A stretch of DNA of 58,849 nucleotides, the filler included, from Ionaspis alba (lineage: Eukaryota): assembly GCA_964255285.1 (NCBI GenBank). It is 3 parts of 3 records of this genome, joined end to end, with 100 filler letters (N's around TTAATTAATTAA, not from the genome) between each part and the next. Parts side by side here need not be neighbours in the genome. Positions count along the whole stretch, not along the records: positions 1 to 19,564 come from CAXUUL010000264.1; 2 more parts are not named here. One strand, 5' to 3'. Below the pieces are notes generated by a model. The model had not been told where the DNA came from, made no database searches, and saw only the letters and a list, made by a program, of their open reading frames with translations. The position numbers and the translations under genes were made by a program. Positions within the stretch are counted from its first letter, which is position 1, and each line of letters begins with the position of its first letter. This document shows positions 1-11,728 of this stretch, one piece after another.

Positions 1-1797
1 TCCCCTCTCCCTCTCCCCACGATAATATCTCGGCTCCTCATAATCGCCCCTCCCACCCCTCTCCTCATACCCATCATAATCCCTCTCCAGCACTTTCCTA
101 GGCCCCATCAACGAATCCCTCCTCGACAAGCCCATCCCTGCGTGCCGTCCAAACGACTCCCTCCTCCCATCATACTGATACGTCTCGCCCCTCCTCGCCG
201 GCAACGGCCTATCATACCTCGTGGAGTTCATGCGCGAGATCCCGTGGATGGTATCGCGGAAGGTCTCAGCGGGCATGATGACGCAACCCTCTGGGAGAAT
301 CGGGCCCTGCCGCTTTGGCGAGTGGGGAGGAGGAGGAGGAGGCGAGCTTTGCCGACGCGGGCGGTGATCGGAGTGTTTGCGGGAGTGGTGCGAGTCTTTG
401 CGGCGGTGGTCGTAGCCCGAGCTGCGGCGCTTGTCGCGGCGGTGGTGCTCGTCGGAGGCGACGGATGAGCTGGGGGTGAAGAGGACGGTGTCGTTGTCGG
501 AGCCGTGGTCGAAGATGGCGTCGGAGTCCGAGTCCGAGGAGGAGCTGAGATTGGGTCCTGTCGAGTGGCGCCAGTCTTCGATGCGGTCTTTTTTCGGCTT
601 GGCGTGGTGGTGGTGCACGTCGGGTTTCTCGTGTTTCTTGGATTTCTTGTCGTCTTTGAACTTGCCGTGCCCTTTGTCGTGGTGTTGGTGGTCGGGACCG
701 CCTGGGCCGTAGCCTGGGACTGGGTGACCTCCGTGACCGGGAGGTGGGCCGCCGTGGTGGTCGTGACCTTGGCCGGGTGGTCCATATCCAGGAGGTCCAT
801 ATCCAGGAGGTCCATGTCCTGGAGGTCCATGGCCTGGAGGGCCGTGACCTGGAGGGCCGTGACGGCCGGGCATTGGGTTCTGTGGATATTTTGGACCACC
901 CATTTTTGGGGAAGGCTGAGGTGATGGAAAGCCTTCTGGCATGACTTCGACACCATGAGGCATGCCACCTCCATGCTGGGGATAATTGGCTGGCCGTCCG
1001 CCTCCTCGTAGCCCAGGAGCAATCTCCATAATTTGTTGGCCGGGAGATACGTTATAGATCCCTCTGCCACTATGGGAACTGGGGACAGGATATGCCATGT
1101 CCAGAGGGGATTGCTGGCCGGGGAGAGGGTGGGCCGCTTGGGCTTTGTTGACGTTGACGACGATACGCGGCATGGGCTGAGCGCTTTTGGCTGTGATTGC
1201 TGTGGCCCGAGGAACGCGCTTCAAGATGACCTGCATCTTTCTCGTCTCTCGTCTACCCGTGGAGTCTCTGCCCACTTCGGTGTTGATATAGGCAGGCTTC
1301 CACACGTAACGAGCATCTGGCTCTGCTAAATTTCTTTCCTTCACCATCTTCTCGACTTGCTCTTTCTTCATTCCTTGCATATCTGTACTCTTTAGGATCT
1401 TCACCACTGACGGACCCTTCGCTTCCTGTCTGTTGACGAGGCTCGCCAATGCCACCTGATCAGGCAGCATCGGGTGCTTGACCATCTGCGACCATAGTTT
1501 CTTCCCTCCTGGAAAATCTGGCTCCCTTCTTTCGCAGTCGTAGCCTTCGTAGTATACGTCTGATGATCCATTGCTCTTGATGGAGCTATTGGTACTGATT
1601 CTGGATATGGATGGTCGTCGGGGGTCTGTGAAGGGAGCGATTGTCTCGAACTGAGGCGATTGGTGAGGATCAATATTGACCTGACCGAAGAGGTGATCCA
1701 CCTCTTGCATGCGAGGGTCCATGCGAGGGTCCATGCCAGGAGGGTGGTGAAAAGGCGGAGGGGGAGGGGCATTGGGAGCATGAGGCATCTGAGCCAT
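1..1797 (-). CDS. Hypothetical Pro/Gly/His-rich protein, at least 599 aa, 3'-truncated at the window edge
   Basis: Manual translation gives an uninterrupted frame from ACC-ATG at 1797 (MAQMPHAPNAPPPPPFHHPPGMDPRMDPRMQ) through a globular-looking segment (YYEGYDCERR...W...MQVILKRVP), HGPPG/YGPPG repeats and an Arg/Gly/Glu-rich tail to base 1 with no stop. The ORF track lists only off-frame shadows (228..1070, 1401..1994). Confidence 0.85.
   Translation of the reverse strand, partial: MAQMPHAPNAPPPPPFHHPPGMDPRMDPRMQEVDHLFGQVNIDPHQSPQFETIAPFTDPRRPSISRISTNSSIKSNGSSDVYYEGYDCERREPDFPGGKKLWSQMVKHPMLPDQVALASLVNRQEAKGPSVVKILKSTDMQGMKKEQVEKMVKERNLAEPDARYVWKPAYINTEVGRDSTGRRETRKMQVILKRVPRATAITAKSAQPMPRIVVNVNKAQAAHPLPGQQSPLDMAYPVPSSHSGRGIYNVSPGQQIMEIAPGLRGGGRPANYPQHGGGMPHGVEVMPEGFPSPQPSPKMGGPKYPQNPMPGRHGPPGHGPPGHGPPGHGPPGYGPPGYGPPGQGHDHHGGPPPGHGGHPVPGYGPGGPDHQHHDKGHGKFKDDKKSKKHEKPDVHHHHAKPKKDRIEDWRHSTGPNLSSSSDSDSDAIFDHGSDNDTVLFTPSSSVASDEHHRRDKRRSSGYDHRRKDSHHSRKHSDHRPRRQSSPPPPPPHSPKRQGPILPEGCVIMPAETFRDTIHGISRMNSTRYDRPLPARRGETYQYDGRRESFGRHAGMGLSRRDSLMGPRKVLERDYDGYEERGGRGDYEEPRYYRGERERG
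776..865 (-). repeat. 15-bp coding tandem repeat, about 6 units, encoding (H/Y)GPPG
   Basis: Minus strand reads CACGGCCCTCCAGGT CACGGCCCTCCAGGC CATGGACCTCCAGGA CATGGACCTCCTGGA TATGGACCTCCTGGA TATGGACCACCCGGC. Confidence 0.9.
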
Positions 1798-4700
1798 GGT
1801 GACCGTGCTACCCCTGAGTATAGGGCAATGTGAATGAGCAATGTATCAGTTGACGGCGCATGCGTCAATGAGCTATTGTCAATTTGGGAGAACAGTATGG
1901 TCGATAGAAGTTGGGCAACGAGGGGATAGACGAGGGAAGGGACTGGGGTTAAATCAACAAAGGTGCCTCGTGACACAGTCCGCGAAAAAGGCACCGATTG
2001 TTTGAAGAAGGGTGTGTGAAGGAAGAATGAATTGAAGCAAAGTGAGGCGAACTGTGAAGGTATATAATAAAAGTTGGCAAGGTTGCCTTGGAGAGGAAGG
2101 ATAGAAAAGGATGGAAAGGTCTCACGGGATGTGGAGGGGGGGACGGCTGCCTTCTTCTAGGGTCTGGGAGGAATCCTGGCAAGGCGAGAGCGCCCTGCTA
2201 GTTATGAAGGTCAGGCTTTTTTCGAAAGTTGAGTGATGCTTGCAAGCCAGAGGTAAGGTAATGTATGACTCCTTCACGGTGATCTTGTTCTAGCATCGCT
2301 GCGAGTCTCATCACGCCCGCGTTCGTGTGTGCTGTGGGGCGTCGTGCAGTAGTGGCAGCAAGCCGGAAATCTCAGCGATTGGGGAGCGGGATGGGCATTC
2401 GAAGGAAGCTGCCAGCACACAACACTCTGCGCCAATCCCAAGGCGATCAATCGACCGGGCGCAGAACACCGCCCGGCGAGTTCGCATTAGCACAGAGCTG
2501 AAGGCCTGTAAGAAGGAGATGAGCAGCGCAAGTCATTGACGCTCGCATTAGACAAAGGCGAGAGTGACTTTGGCTGGGATTTGGGAATGAGGATTGCAGA
2601 AGATGACCTGCTCCCATTTGATGGCCGTGAGCCGCATCGGTGGTGGCATCATTGGTCATGCCAACGACAAGTGCTATCTTCGGTGGCACCGGGCGGTAGA
2701 TGAGACCTCTTTGTCTCCAGAGCACCGTTACGATATCGATGCTACCGGTGCTTTGTGGAGGTTGATGCAGGCAGTCATTAACGGATGAATTTGTGAATTC
2801 AGATCCAATGGATTCGCTTAGACTAGGCTGCCCTCTGACAGGACTGACGAGGGAGAGAGTTACCGCATCCTTCCCTATCTCTCCTCCGCATTCCTGTCGC
2901 GATCTCTACCCGCCATGGCTTTCGTACCACTTCCGCCACGACCATCTCCCCTTACCGAGTCAGGTTTGTCGGTGTTCCGTCGTCTACAAGAAATGGAATT
3001 CGCAATGCGGGCAGGGCAGGCAGAGCAGGCAAGTCGAGCCTTAGCTCATCGCCTATCCTTGGGCTTGTGAAGCATGATCAACGCTGTGGCGGAGTCCTGG
3101 CGGCGACCTGGAGACGAGCAGAACGGGGCGTTCTGAGGCTAGCAAGGCATCTTTGGATGAGGATCCAATGACATCGGACCGTAGCGAGGCATTCTTGACT
3201 GCTGCGTCGACACTCTACTCCTACGGGTATCGACCTTGCAGCACTATCGAGGTCCGGGTCTGAACAAGGCTGCCTCTTTACTGCAGAGGATCCCACGACC
3301 AGTTCATGCGTGAGGCTTTGATGCTTTGCTTTAGAAGCATGCGCTGATTCTGGCGTGGTGTTGTTGCTGTTCGTCTTGCCGATCCGGTCATTCTGGTCTT
3401 GGAAACCACATACGCGTAGGCCACGCCTGCTTCCAGATGATCAACGGTCGAGTACGAACATACAGCCAAGAAACGACTCAATGCATCAATAATGAAGGAA
3501 TCGGGCTGTTATGCTGCAGGTCTGTATCTATGAATACGTGTCATCCTGGCTCGAAGGCTCCGCTGCCTTTGCATTCGTGCTGCTACTGCGCTGCAGGGTA
3601 ACGCTGTGATCGTTATTGTCATTGTTTTGTCCGCTCACGAGCCCTTACAAAGAGGAGACCCAAAAATACGCCATCCAAAACACGCGGAGCTTGGAAGATT
3701 CTCTCTGCTTCTTCAGCCTCACTTTTGCTTTTTCCCCTCCTGCTTTCGAATTCTGGAATGCTCAATGTAACGTCAGCGAAAAGGCCTGCAGCCAGTTTCA
3801 TCGGGCCGGAGTGTTCAAGTGATGGACGTAGATAGCCTCGTCTTCTCTTCCATGGATGATTTCACATAGTTCACTACGATCATCGAATCACAGAAGAACG
3901 CTCCATCTCCCTTTGAAACACCAAGACACGATGGCATTTTCCGTCGCCTCACTCCTACTGTTGAGCCTCATCATATACCAAAGCGCCGAGAACAAAAGCT
4001 TACAAATACCTTCTAGACGAGCATCTACGACTTGGCAAAATCGGCCCAAATGCAGTAAGAATCCATAAGCAGATCGAAGATCTCAGACAAAACACCACAT
4101 TAGAGCCAGCATTCGAGCAACACAAATTGTTCCTTGCCACGCGAGCCAATCTGACTGCTCTCCAAGATTTTACATCTCACAGGGGCGATATAAACAGAAC
4201 ACCGTAGCACAAAGCCAACGCACACTGTCAAGTAAAACACCATGCGTCGCGACTATCACAATCATCCCTACCCAGCTGAGCCAAGACCTCAAGCCTGACT
4301 CCTCTCGGGCATTCGCATATTCTGATACTCCAACATCCCTCACACAATCTGCTGGCCCATTGATGCAGTATCAGTGCGTAATCTTGAAGTCGACTCAATT
4401 TCGTCAGACAAGGCTACGCTTTCGCAATAATGTATTTACAAGGCGGCCACGTTACCGATTGTAGCCGGCAAACCAATCAACGGAATCAAACTAATCAATC
4501 AAACCAATTCTCCAATGCCTTGCAGTAGCTCTTATTTTGGGCTTCCAATTATGCAGCAGAGGCATGAAGGAATATCGCGCTTCATTGAGAAGGAACTCGA
4601 ATTGCTTTTGCGGCCGCCGCCAAAAGACCCGACCGTGCGGTCACCCACCGTCCACTCGCCACTGTAACGGGGCGGCCGCAGTAGTCTGTGGAGAAAGAAA

Positions 4701-5373
4701 CCGCATAGCGAAACGGGGATACACTACCATGTACTCGGGCGTAGGTGTGACATGATCCTCTTCATGATGAGCACCAATCACGCGGAATCAGATCAAAGGA
4801 AGCTTGGCCAAAATTGTCAAATCGAACCCTCCGAGGCTCTACTGACAACATGAGGGCAACTCAGACCAGCAATTCAGAACATTCCTAGCACAAGCTCGCA
4901 CCATCTCCCTTTTTACACCCTAGTGAGCAAGAAATCTATATACAAGAAAACCCACACCACAGCCCGAGCCCAGCTAAGCTGTGGAAGCAGCGTAAGAAAA
5001 TATTGAGTAGGTAACCGATCCCCCATCCGCCGCTCATCCCGTCTATCGTATCCCCATCTCCCATAAACCCCTCAACAGAGAGCCTCCGAGTCTGTTCTCG
5101 GAAACCAACATACTGAATCAGGCAACCAAGGCAAACAGCCGCAAGGCAACCACCAAGGGACCCTGCAGAAAAGCTCTCGCTTCGCCTTCAAAGCAGCCAG
5201 CTGGCAGAAAAAAACCCGCAATGTTCAGCCCGGCACGAAAACCACAAGGCGCACAAACAGGGCGCAAAAGATCACCCATACCGCGAAACACGACGGTTTG
5301 CTACATCATGGCGGCCGTCGCCGCGTACCCGGGCGGCCAACGCGGCTTCGATCACGTTCTACCGCTGCCTCGA

Positions 5374-7419
5374 TCACCTCAATGGCGCCTTGACATCCTG
5401 CACCCCTCTTCTAAGCACATCGTTGAGCCTCCACCTAGGCCTCTGTACGACCATCTCCCCACCCTCGCCTTTCTCCCTCCGTCGCCACTCCCGCTCCATC
5501 TCTGGCGTCACGCCTTCAGCTAAAGGTTCCGCACCGCCCGCCACGCCGCTCGAGAACTTCAACTGCAGGACGTTCCCGATTTCATCGCATGCAGCGACGA
5601 GCCTGTCGAGATCGTCTTTCGTGTGCGCGGCACTGACGCAGAAGCGTGCTCGTGAGGACACGAGCGGTGTCGCCGGGTAGCCGACTACGACGACGGAGAT
5701 CTTACGCTTGAGCATCTCGTGCGAGAACGCGGGCATCTTGGCGGGGTTGTACAGAAGGAGCGGAATGATGGGGGAGTCGTCGTTGCCGTAGATGATGAAC
5801 CCTAGCCGCTTGAGCCCGAGACGCAGATAGCGGGAATTGAAAGCCAGACGCTGGAGACGCTCTTCGCCTTGGCCGGGGCACAGCTCGCCAGTGATCATGC
5901 GCAGGGCGGTGGAGATCTGGGAGACGATGAGGGGACTGGGTGATTCGCCGTAGATGGAGCCGGCGTTTGTCACCCGCAGCTTGTCGATTATGGCTTTCGA
6001 GCCGGCGATGTACCCACCATTCGCGCCAAAGGATTTGGTAAGTGTTCCCATCAGGATGTCGACTTCGGCCGGGTCGATCCCGAAGTAGTCGCACACGCCT
6101 CGGCCGCGGGGACCAAGAGCACCGATGGAGTGGGCTTCGTCGACGAAGAGGTTGAATTTGTATTTTTTCTTCAGGGCGATGATTCCGGGCAGGTTGCACA
6201 TGGTGCCTTCCATTGAATAGAGGCCTTCGACGACAAGGAGGATCTTTTTCCAGGGACGGTGAGTGCGCGGCTGACCTTGCGAGATGGCTTCGCGCAGGAG
6301 CCGCTCGAGGTCGTGGACGTCGTTGTGTTTGAACATTTCGATCATGGCGCCGGAGAGGCGCGCGCCGAAGCGGATGGAGGCGTGGTTGAGCTCGTCGGAG
6401 ATGATGAGACAGCCTTTGCCGACTAGGGCCGGGAAGGCGGATGCGTTGGTTTGGAAGCCCATGGAGAAGACCATGGAGGCTTCTTTGCCGACGAAGCGGG
6501 CGACGAGGTCTTCAAGCTCGACGTGCATGTCCGATGTCCCGGTGTACGCTCTTGAGCTTGCGACTGTTAGGCCGTATTTCTTGACGGTCTCTTCCACGGC
6601 ATCGGCGCAAGGACCTTCGGATTGTGCAAAGCCGAGGTAGTTGTACGAGCTCATATTCAGTGTTTCGGTCGTCGTGCCGGTCAATTGGAAATGTAGGTTA
6701 TGATCCTCGGACTTGCGATCAATCAAAGTAATATATCGTCCAGGTACTCCAGTTGTTGGTCTCGCAAAACAATCGTTAATTCTCATCTTCAACCGTCTGA
6801 CGTAAAAATTGTCAAAGTCGCTGTTCAATGGTGCATAACCGTTCCGCGCCTGCAAATGTTGATAATGCTCTTTCCGAAAGCGCTTTCCGAAAAAATCTCT
6901 GATGTGACCGAACACTATTAAGATTAAGTAGCTGATGTATGTTGTCATGAGGTAGTAGTAGGGCGGCTCATCCATGACTGGTTCTGGGAACTCTCCGCCC
7001 TGATAGCGACTGGTATAGCGGTGACTCTGAGAGCCCAATGGACCAAACTGCGCATGTTGCCTCGCTATTCTGCGTGCCTCTGCCGGAGAGGGTGGCTGAA
7101 AAAGCGTCGTGGGTGGCTCGTCCATATTGGGGCTTCCTGCTGATGCTGTGGACAGAGAGATGGTCGGTAAGGACAGTGATGCAGAGCTAATCGGCGTATT
7201 GTGGAGTGCTTGCTGTTGGGTGGCGGCAGCAGCGAGAAGTGCAGCAGTCGCGGTTTGAGCTTCGGCTTTTGATCTTGGCGAGGTAGAGAAGTACTGAGTG
7301 ATTCGGTTGCCTTTGGAGATGTTGGGCCTCAAGGAGAAGCCACCCTTCTCGCTATTCGCGGGTTGGGTGGCGGTGGATGGTGGACTGCTAGCAAAAGGGT
7401 TTGTCAAGCGACGAGGCAT
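5374..7419 (-). CDS. LCB2: Serine palmitoyltransferase catalytic subunit, intronless, about 681 aa
   Basis: NMSSYNYLGFA, SDELNHASI, VDEAHSIG and the PLP-lysine motif GTLTKSFG. The first in-frame ATG is at 7419 (MPRRLTNPF); the track start at 7515 is a GTG. Confidence 0.97.
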   Translation of the reverse strand: MPRRLTNPFASSPPSTATQPANSEKGGFSLRPNISKGNRITQYFSTSPRSKAEAQTATAALLAAAATQQQALHNTPISSASLSLPTISLSTASAGSPNMDEPPTTLFQPPSPAEARRIARQHAQFGPLGSQSHRYTSRYQGGEFPEPVMDEPPYYYLMTTYISYLILIVFGHIRDFFGKRFRKEHYQHLQARNGYAPLNSDFDNFYVRRLKMRINDCFARPTTGVPGRYITLIDRKSEDHNLHFQLTGTTTETLNMSSYNYLGFAQSEGPCADAVEETVKKYGLTVASSRAYTGTSDMHVELEDLVARFVGKEASMVFSMGFQTNASAFPALVGKGCLIISDELNHASIRFGARLSGAMIEMFKHNDVHDLERLLREAISQGQPRTHRPWKKILLVVEGLYSMEGTMCNLPGIIALKKKYKFNLFVDEAHSIGALGPRGRGVCDYFGIDPAEVDILMGTLTKSFGANGGYIAGSKAIIDKLRVTNAGSIYGESPSPLIVSQISTALRMITGELCPGQGEERLQRLAFNSRYLRLGLKRLGFIIYGNDDSPIIPLLLYNPAKMPAFSHEMLKRKISVVVVGYPATPLVSSRARFCVSAAHTKDDLDRLVAACDEIGNVLQLKFSSGVAGGAEPLAEGVTPEMEREWRRREKGEGGEMVVQRPRWRLNDVLRRGVQDVKAPLR

Positions 7420-8426
7420 TGTGTCAAGTCTGTAAGCCAAAATTGACGATTTGAGCGTTCGATGTGTGCTGGTGAGAGCTTTGAGGGAGTTGTGGACAGA
7501 AATGCAATTCTCCACTGGGTGTTGCGTTTGAAGGTGACGATAAGTCGGAGGCGGTGTACGGCGAAGTTGCCAGGATCAAGATGGTTGCGAAGCAGGCCAC
7601 CCAGCTTCGAGCAGCCACGGACTTGGAGATGACTATTATGATTAGAGTATGCCGGCCTGTCTGCAATTTGGATTTGATGCTTTTCTACGTCGACTGAATG
7701 AGTGTTGACGACAACGGAGAGAACTCCGAGTCGATCTTTTGAAGCGGAAGCCGCAACCAAGGCTTTCAATGAGTGATCGCCAGCCAAGAGAGCGGAGTGG
7801 CAACAGCACAAGTAGCACTAGTAGTACCAAAGTGTACAACTCATCCTATAGAAGATGCTGAAAGGAGCGGAGTCGTGCCTGTATGACGTTCGTCTTGTGG
7901 TTCTGCGCGTACAAAGTTCCGCAAGCAGCCGGTGGTTGGTGTGGTATCGCAAATGTCGTCCGCGAAAACCAAGATCGAAGTCAAGACTAGTAGAAGCTGA
8001 GCAGGATAGTCTCTGCGCACACCGCACCACCTGACTCAACACTGAGAGAAACCGCAGTGTAGTACTGAATTAGCAAGAGGAGGAGATAGGAGTCGTGTAG
8101 GAAAGTAAGAAAGGATTGCGGAGGATATGGAAGAGATTATTATCTAACGGCGAAAACGCCAATCCCCAAATCTTACTCTTCATCGAATTACGCTAAGCAC
8201 GGTACGGCTGGGAGATGACGGCGCTAGACCAATCTAGACCTTAGCTTCTGTTACTCGGACCCGGCAATTCAGGGGAGTAAGGCTGAGTAATTTATTTTTA
8301 TGCAATGCTGGATATCGTCATTCGGTTGCACAAATTTCTTCTCCGCCATTTGCGGTCTTCCCTCCATCAAAATTGACGGACTCAATTCCTTTGTGCACAT
8401 CCCTTTGATATCGTTGAGAGATCATA

Positions 8427-10593
8427 ATGGAAGTGAAGGACAACGTTACTCAATTGGAGAAGCAGACTTCGTTTACCCCATTATGGAGTCATAAAGATCC
8501 CCAATCGACTCGGATATGGGAATTCAAGGAGAGAATCCAGAAAAAATATGATGTGAAATTGGACGATTATGAGGCATTGTGGCAGTGGAGTATCAACAAT
8601 ATCAGTCCTTTCTGGTCCGAAGTATGGCACTTCACAGGCATCAAGGCTTCAGAGCCTTATACCGAGGTGACTTCGATCACAATACAAGTGTATTCAATCA
8701 TATGCTGAGTGTGTATGCAAGGTGATCAGCAATGGAACAACCATGTTTCCACGTCCTAGCTTTTTCAGTAGTGCCCGACTGAATTTTGCAGAGAACCTGC
8801 TCTATCCAATCTCCAATCCTAATGAGAATTCTCTGGCAGTCATTGCAGCCACCGAAGTCTCTAGGGAACGCGTTACCTGGAGGCAATTGCGGGAACGAGT
8901 CCACCAATGTACTGATGCCCTGAGAGGCATTGGCGTGGTGGAAGGAGATCGTGTCGCTGGATACGTCGCTAATCATGCCAATGCTCTGATAGCCAGTCTA
9001 TCCGCTATATCGATTGGCGCTATCTGGACAGGAGTCTCTCCTGATACAGGAGTTCATGCAGTCCTGGATCGGCTAATTCAGATTGAGCCAAAAGTTCTGT
9101 TCTCGGACAATGCTGTTTTGTACAATGGCAAAATCCATGAAGTCAAGGAGAAATTACAAAACATCTGCAAGGATCTGCCTGGACTTCGGGCTGCTGTTGT
9201 GTTTGAGACCATTCAAGGGCATGCCTTTGACCTCAACGATATCCACCTTGCAAATGGTGAAGCTTGGAACTATGCTGATTTTGTGACCCAAAACGGTTCC
9301 TCCGAAGCACACGAGTTCACGCAGCTACCTCCAGACCACCCAATATATATACTGTACTCATCAGGAACAACTGGAAAGCCCAAATGTATTGTTCATGGAT
9401 CCATTGGAACGTTGATACAACATAAAAAGGAGCATGATATCCATTGCGACATACGACCTGGTGATCGTCTATTCTACTTCACTACCTGTACTTGGATGAT
9501 GTGGCACTGGCTCGTGTCCGGGTTAGCTAGCGGTGCAACTTTGATATTGTACGATGGTTCACCATTCAGGCCTCTAGATGCCAATGGGTCCGGAGAGATG
9601 GCAATGCCTCGCTTGATCGATGAATTGGAAGTAAGGCATTTTGGGACGTCTGCGAAGTACCTATCTGTTCTGGAGCAGAAAGCTGTTTTTCCAAAGGAGA
9701 CGTCTTGCACCCTGAGCACATTGAAAGCCATCTATAGTACTGGCAGTCCTCTTGCGCCGTCGACCTTCGAATATGTTTATCGTGCTTTCGGTCCAAACAT
9801 CAATCTCGGAAGCATCACCGGAGGCACAGATATAATATCTCTCTTTGGAGCTCCATCACAGATCTCACCTGTTTATGCTGGTGAAATCCAAGTTCGAGGC
9901 TTGGGCATGGCGGTCGAAGCATGGGATTTCGGAGGTAACAATATTACAGACTCTGGAGAACCAGGAGAACTGGTGTGTGTGAAACCATTTCCTTGCCAAC
10001 CAGTCTACTTCTGGGGCAAGGATGGCGAAAAGGTGTACAAGAAGAGCTATTTTGAAATGTTTTCTGGTGTTTGGCACCATGGCGATTTTGTAAGATTCAA
10101 TCCAAAGACGGGTGGCCTGGTTATGCTCGGTCGAAGTGATGGAGTTCTCAAGCCTGCTGGAGTACGATTTGGTAGTGCCGAGATCTACAACATCCTGCTG
10201 AAGCATTTCCCGGAGGTCGAGGATGCTCTGTGTATTGGTCGCCGAAGAGAAACGGATACGGACGAGGTAGTCATTCTCTTCTTGAAGATGGAAACAGGGA
10301 AGGCTTTCTCAGAGGATTTGGTTGCCAAAATCAAGGCTACCATTAGATCGGAGTTGAGTGCTAGACACGTTCCGTCTATCGTCGATGAGTGTCCTGCCAT
10401 TCCAGTGACGACGAACGGCAAGAAGTGAGTGTCTTCTATGTTCTGGTTGCAGCAGTTGTTGTAAGCTGACATTGTCACCAGGGTCGAGATTGCAGTTAAG
10501 AAGATCCTTAGTGGTATCAATGTGAAGACGTCCGCCTCTGTTGCGAATGCAGAATGTCTCGATTGGTACAGGGAATGGAGCGAGAATCACTAG
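8427..10593 (+). CDS. Acetoacetyl-CoA synthetase (AMP-binding family), 3 exons
   Basis: Exons 8427-8666, 8722-10424 and 10482-10593. Motifs LNFAENLL, YSSGTTGKPKCIVH, WMMWHWLVSGLA, SITGGTDIISLF, GRSDGVLKPAGVRFGSAEIY and TNGKKVEIAVKKIL. Confidence 0.95.
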
Positions 10594-10776
10594 AAGCTAA
10601 TGGATCTGTTTCAATTACCATNNNNNNNNNNNNNNNNNNNNNNNNNNNNNNNNNNNNNNNNNNNNNNNNNNNNNNNNNNNNNNNNNNNNNNNNNNNNNNN
10701 NNNNNNNNNNNNNNNNNNNNNTACAGGGAATGGAGCGAGAATCACTAGAAGCTAATGGATCTGTTTCAATTACCAT
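10567..10776. other. 100-N scaffold gap (10622-10721) with an exact 55-bp duplication on either side; assembly artefact
   Basis: 10567-10621 is identical to 10722-10776. Confidence 0.95.
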
Positions 10777-11728
10777 GTCTGCAATCGAAGCCCGACGCAG
10801 GTCATCATCGTCGTGCCTACACGACGGTCACGTGGAGGTGATGAGGCCACTCTGCTCAGCGACTGATTACAGGGAGATGCTTCATCATGGAGGACGGGCA
10901 TACCAACAATTTATCGCAATGTTGCTCTATGGGTGGATCCACTAACCAAGCTGTTTGAGAATCAAACAAACAAGTCTTTCTGACCGAACGGCTTTGCAGA
11001 ACATACAAAGGCCGCGTTACCCTTCGGAAACTCAGTGATAATACCTAGGGAATAAGCTAGATCTCAAAGTGTGCTATAAGGAAGCTCCTGCGTGGCGGAG
11101 CGGAATCTGGAAGGCTCAAAGGTGTTGATAGATAGGGAGTCCGCATGACTGCAAGTCATAACCATCCGAGACTCCAAACATTTGATATAGTCATCCTTAA
11201 TTGCATAATGTACAAATCATCGTGGTGAGCTTGTTGAATGGCAGCTCTTGAACCTAATGGATACGTCAGGGAAGTCGTGCTTGCCACCTACGGCACAGCG
11301 AAGATCATGGCTAAACTCCCCGCCATTCGCTTAGCTAGGGTTCGACATTCCCTGCCTTTTTATCCATCTCTTCTCTTTTCACGATCGACCTGTGAATGAC
11401 TCCCTTGTATCACATGATAGAAATGAGAGATACTTCCAGTGTTTGTAGGTTCGCGCTATACCTCGATGCACCCAAAATGTCAAGCGAGGTGCCTCGAACA
11501 AACTTGGCGAAGTTGTCCCCCTCGACTCCAGGCCGAATGGGAGCGTCCTCCGAGGACACTTCACTCGATTTATTGATCGAGCAAGTCCAGTCCACATAAG
11601 CCTCGGTTTGCGATAATCTCACTACATATGTTTGAACGTACCAGTACCCATCCAACCAACAATCATCAACGACGGGGCTGTGCCGTCCGAACAGGCCACA
11701 TGCGAACAAGCATAACTACTTATTCAAT

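Noticed and set aside
228..1070. 280-aa ORF with MDLLD repeats
   Set aside because: Off-frame shadow of the longer 1..1797 frame; starts at GTG.
4660..4915. Possible SRP RNA, RNase P/MRP or telomerase RNA in the gene-free interval
   Set aside because: CTGTAACGG and a T5 run are suggestive, but I found no SRP helix-8 motif, no paired P4 motifs and no TAACCCTAA template.
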